Shown: positions 62,297 to 63,789 of the stretch, piece after piece | Position numbering within the stretch: the first letter of the stretch is position 1 | Layout: every line of letters begins with the position of its first letter | From: an uncultured Pseudanabaenaceae cyanobacterium | Lineage (GTDB): Bacteria; Cyanobacteriota; Cyanobacteriia; PCC-9006; JAAUQQ01 | Reading direction: 5' to 3' | NCBI GenBank assembly: GCA_938021205.1 | Contig: CALIGI010000048.1 | Span: 1 to 63,789, forward strand | Length of the DNA stretch: 63,789 nt | The notes under the pieces: generated by a model | The model's input: only the letters and a program-made list of their open reading frames with translations | Database searches by the model: none | What the model was told of the DNA's origin: nothing | Made by a program: the position numbers and the translations under genes

Positions 62297-62485
62297 GGAA
62301 GTCCTTCAGTCCCATTCGAACCTTCCCCGATGAACCCACTCACGACGCTGTTGTCTCTAGTTTTGATGACTCTCTCAGGGAGTTCTAAGGTGGCGTTCAG
62401 CTAACTCCTAGCCTGGTAGGGGTTAATAAGACATACGACTAACACCACACCGGGAGCCGGAGCATTTTGCTTGGCTCCCTTTTTT
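62297..62485 (+). ncRNA. Putative structured non-coding RNA with intrinsic terminator
   Basis: No ORF of 60 aa or more; long-range complementary blocks (TGAACCCAC/GTGGCGTTCA, GACTCTC/GGGAGTT, AACC/GGTT); CACCACAC just before a GGGAGCC..GGCTCCC-TTTTTT terminator. Confidence 0.35.
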
Positions 62486-62526
62486 ATGATTGATGGTTTT
62501 CTGACAGGACTGAGCCCTGAACATTT

Positions 62527-62712
62527 TCAAGATGTAGCTCTTGCCGCTGAAAACATAAGCAGCTCGCTGTCAAAACGCCACACTCCCGCCCCCCCCAGTG
62601 CAGGATAAATCGGTAGGCGGGGTAATAACAAACTCGTGATATCAATTTCAATCGCTAGATCTGGCGGCGGGTCAGAGGCTAGCTCAAAGAAGCCCTCGAT
62701 GTTGAGCAACAT
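62527..62712 (-). pseudogene. Uma2 family endonuclease fragment
   Basis: DPPPDLAIEIDITS..RLPIY..LG...VWRFD motif without the N-terminal half. Confidence 0.7.
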
Positions 62713-62743
62713 CAGGGGGCTAAAGTCAAAACTTGAGCTGAGA

Positions 62744-62935
62744 TTACTCCTCGTCTTCTTCGCTCTTAGGCACGTAGGTGGACTTCACCTCTAGCTCCTC
62801 CAAATGTGTGCCATCCACATTGGACGGTGCATCGATGAGGAGGCAGCGGGCTTGCCGGGTCTTGGGGAAAGCGATGGTGTCGCGGATGGGCTCATAGCCG
62901 GTCATGAGCATGACAATGCGATCCAAACTGAAAGC
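62744..62935 (-). pseudogene. aspS: 3' fragment of aspartyl-tRNA synthetase
   Basis: [33 protein letters not shown]...LEEL matches AspRS motif 3 and C-terminus; the rest of the gene is absent. Confidence 0.8.
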
Positions 62936-62984
62936 GCTGAGACACAACACCTAAAACAGCCTGCCTCAAGCAGACCGCAGTACA

Positions 62985-63668
62985 ATGCAAGGCAGAGATA
63001 ACTTATTCATCCGGCATAATGCTGTGGTACAACTTCAGCCCGCCCATGGACTGACGCGCAGTGAAGTCGAAGACCAATTTGGACTTCGTGAAGTGCTTGC
63101 TGAGCCGGATTTCTTTTCAGAGTGGCAACTCTCCCAACCGGAACTGATAGCGAGCCAACGTGAAGCTTTAGACCGTATTCGTAGCGAGTTTCTCTATCTC
63201 AGCAAATATCGAATGCTTGAAGACCTCGTCAAAATGGTCGTTATCTCACCGTTGCTCTCCATGGCTGGCTTTTATCGTCCTCCCATTAGACCCGTTTTAG
63301 AAAAGCGAGTTGATGTTGCCTTGCAAGATAGCGATCGCACTGTCTGGGGACGGATCGACATCTTAGGGCTTCAGCAAGATTTGTGGGTCAGCGTGATTGA
63401 ATCTAAGCAGGCTGGGTTTTCCCTCAAAGACGCGATCGCCCAAACTCTCTTTTATATGAGTGCGAATCCGAATCCAGAGCAACCCACTTTTGGGCTGGTA
63501 ACCAATGGCAGCCACTTTCGCTTTATCAAACTTGTTTCAGCGAAACCAAAACAATACGCACTCTCCACAGAGCTATCGATTCATCGTGAGACCAATGAAC
63601 TTTACTTAGTTTTGGCTGTTTTACAACGATTCGTTCAATTGGCCACAGCTCGTTCAGAGTCTCATTAA
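62985..63668 (+). CDS. Type I restriction enzyme R-subunit N-terminal (PD-(D/E)XK) domain protein, standalone
   Basis: VISPLL..AGFY, GRIDIL..WVSVIESK, AIAQTLFYM, FGLVTNG..FRFIKL. Confidence 0.8.
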   Translation: MQGRDNLFIRHNAVVQLQPAHGLTRSEVEDQFGLREVLAEPDFFSEWQLSQPELIASQREALDRIRSEFLYLSKYRMLEDLVKMVVISPLLSMAGFYRPPIRPVLEKRVDVALQDSDRTVWGRIDILGLQQDLWVSVIESKQAGFSLKDAIAQTLFYMSANPNPEQPTFGLVTNGSHFRFIKLVSAKPKQYALSTELSIHRETNELYLVLAVLQRFVQLATARSESH

Positions 63669-63690
63669 AGGTACCTGCGCACTTTTGGCT

Positions 63691-63755
63691 AGAAACCGGG
63701 TGTTTGGCAGGAGCTTAAGGGAAGCGGCAGGGAGTGTTGCAAACACCCGGTTTCT
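63691..63755. repeat. 16-bp inverted repeat (AGAAACCGGG-type dispersed repeat)
   Basis: AGAAACCGGGTGTTTG ... CAAACACCCGGTTTCT. Confidence 0.7.
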
Positions 63756-63789
63756 GAGGCGGCAGACTGGGGCACGCTTAGTCGTCGTT

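Noticed and set aside
62297-62485. 6S RNA or Yfr1 assignment
   Set aside because: The fold is only suggestive, the Yfr1 core motif is absent and I cannot match 6S sequence; left as unidentified.
1-63789. CRISPR array, tRNA/rRNA, transposase or integrase genes
   Set aside because: No regularly spaced direct repeats, cloverleafs or recombinase motifs found by eye.

Overview
Chromosomal window from a cyanobacterium: HIP1 octamer GCGATCGC is dense throughout, and there are cyanobacteria-type genes such as sigC, a PatA-family regulator and Npun_F0494-cobQ. Most of it is core or housekeeping content: PyrC-like protein, double-domain histidine phosphatase, CPBP protease, ftsL-like/ftsI, cobQ, rodZ, pnp, two hybrid kinases, AI-2E transporter, ylqF, SNF2 ATPase, USP, pgk, sigC, yggT, moaD, GH57, GT-C glycosyltransferase and AlkB. 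The standout is a ~17 kb minus-strand six-gene cluster (39324-56084) of secreted DUF11/Ig-repeat proteins around a large outer-membrane beta-barrel. The DUF11 domains are split in a complementary way. The 847-aa protein has a free N-terminal 'ISNTA...SNTV' hairpin and a C-terminal domain lacking that hairpin. The 562-aa protein is donor-only, the 881- and 1177-aa proteins are acceptor-only, and the 186-aa protein is an acceptor lacking the reactive residues. My inference is an undescribed chaperone/usher-like fibre built by donor-hairpin complementation, possibly locked by intermolecular Lys-Asn isopeptide bonds. Other observations: a CTG start codon, a two-copy MITE, an in-frame palindromic insertion in a glycosyltransferase, a perfect 42-bp palindrome centred on HIP1, a candidate structured ncRNA, and aspS and Uma2 fragments. 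All calls come from reading sequence motifs; no database searches were run.
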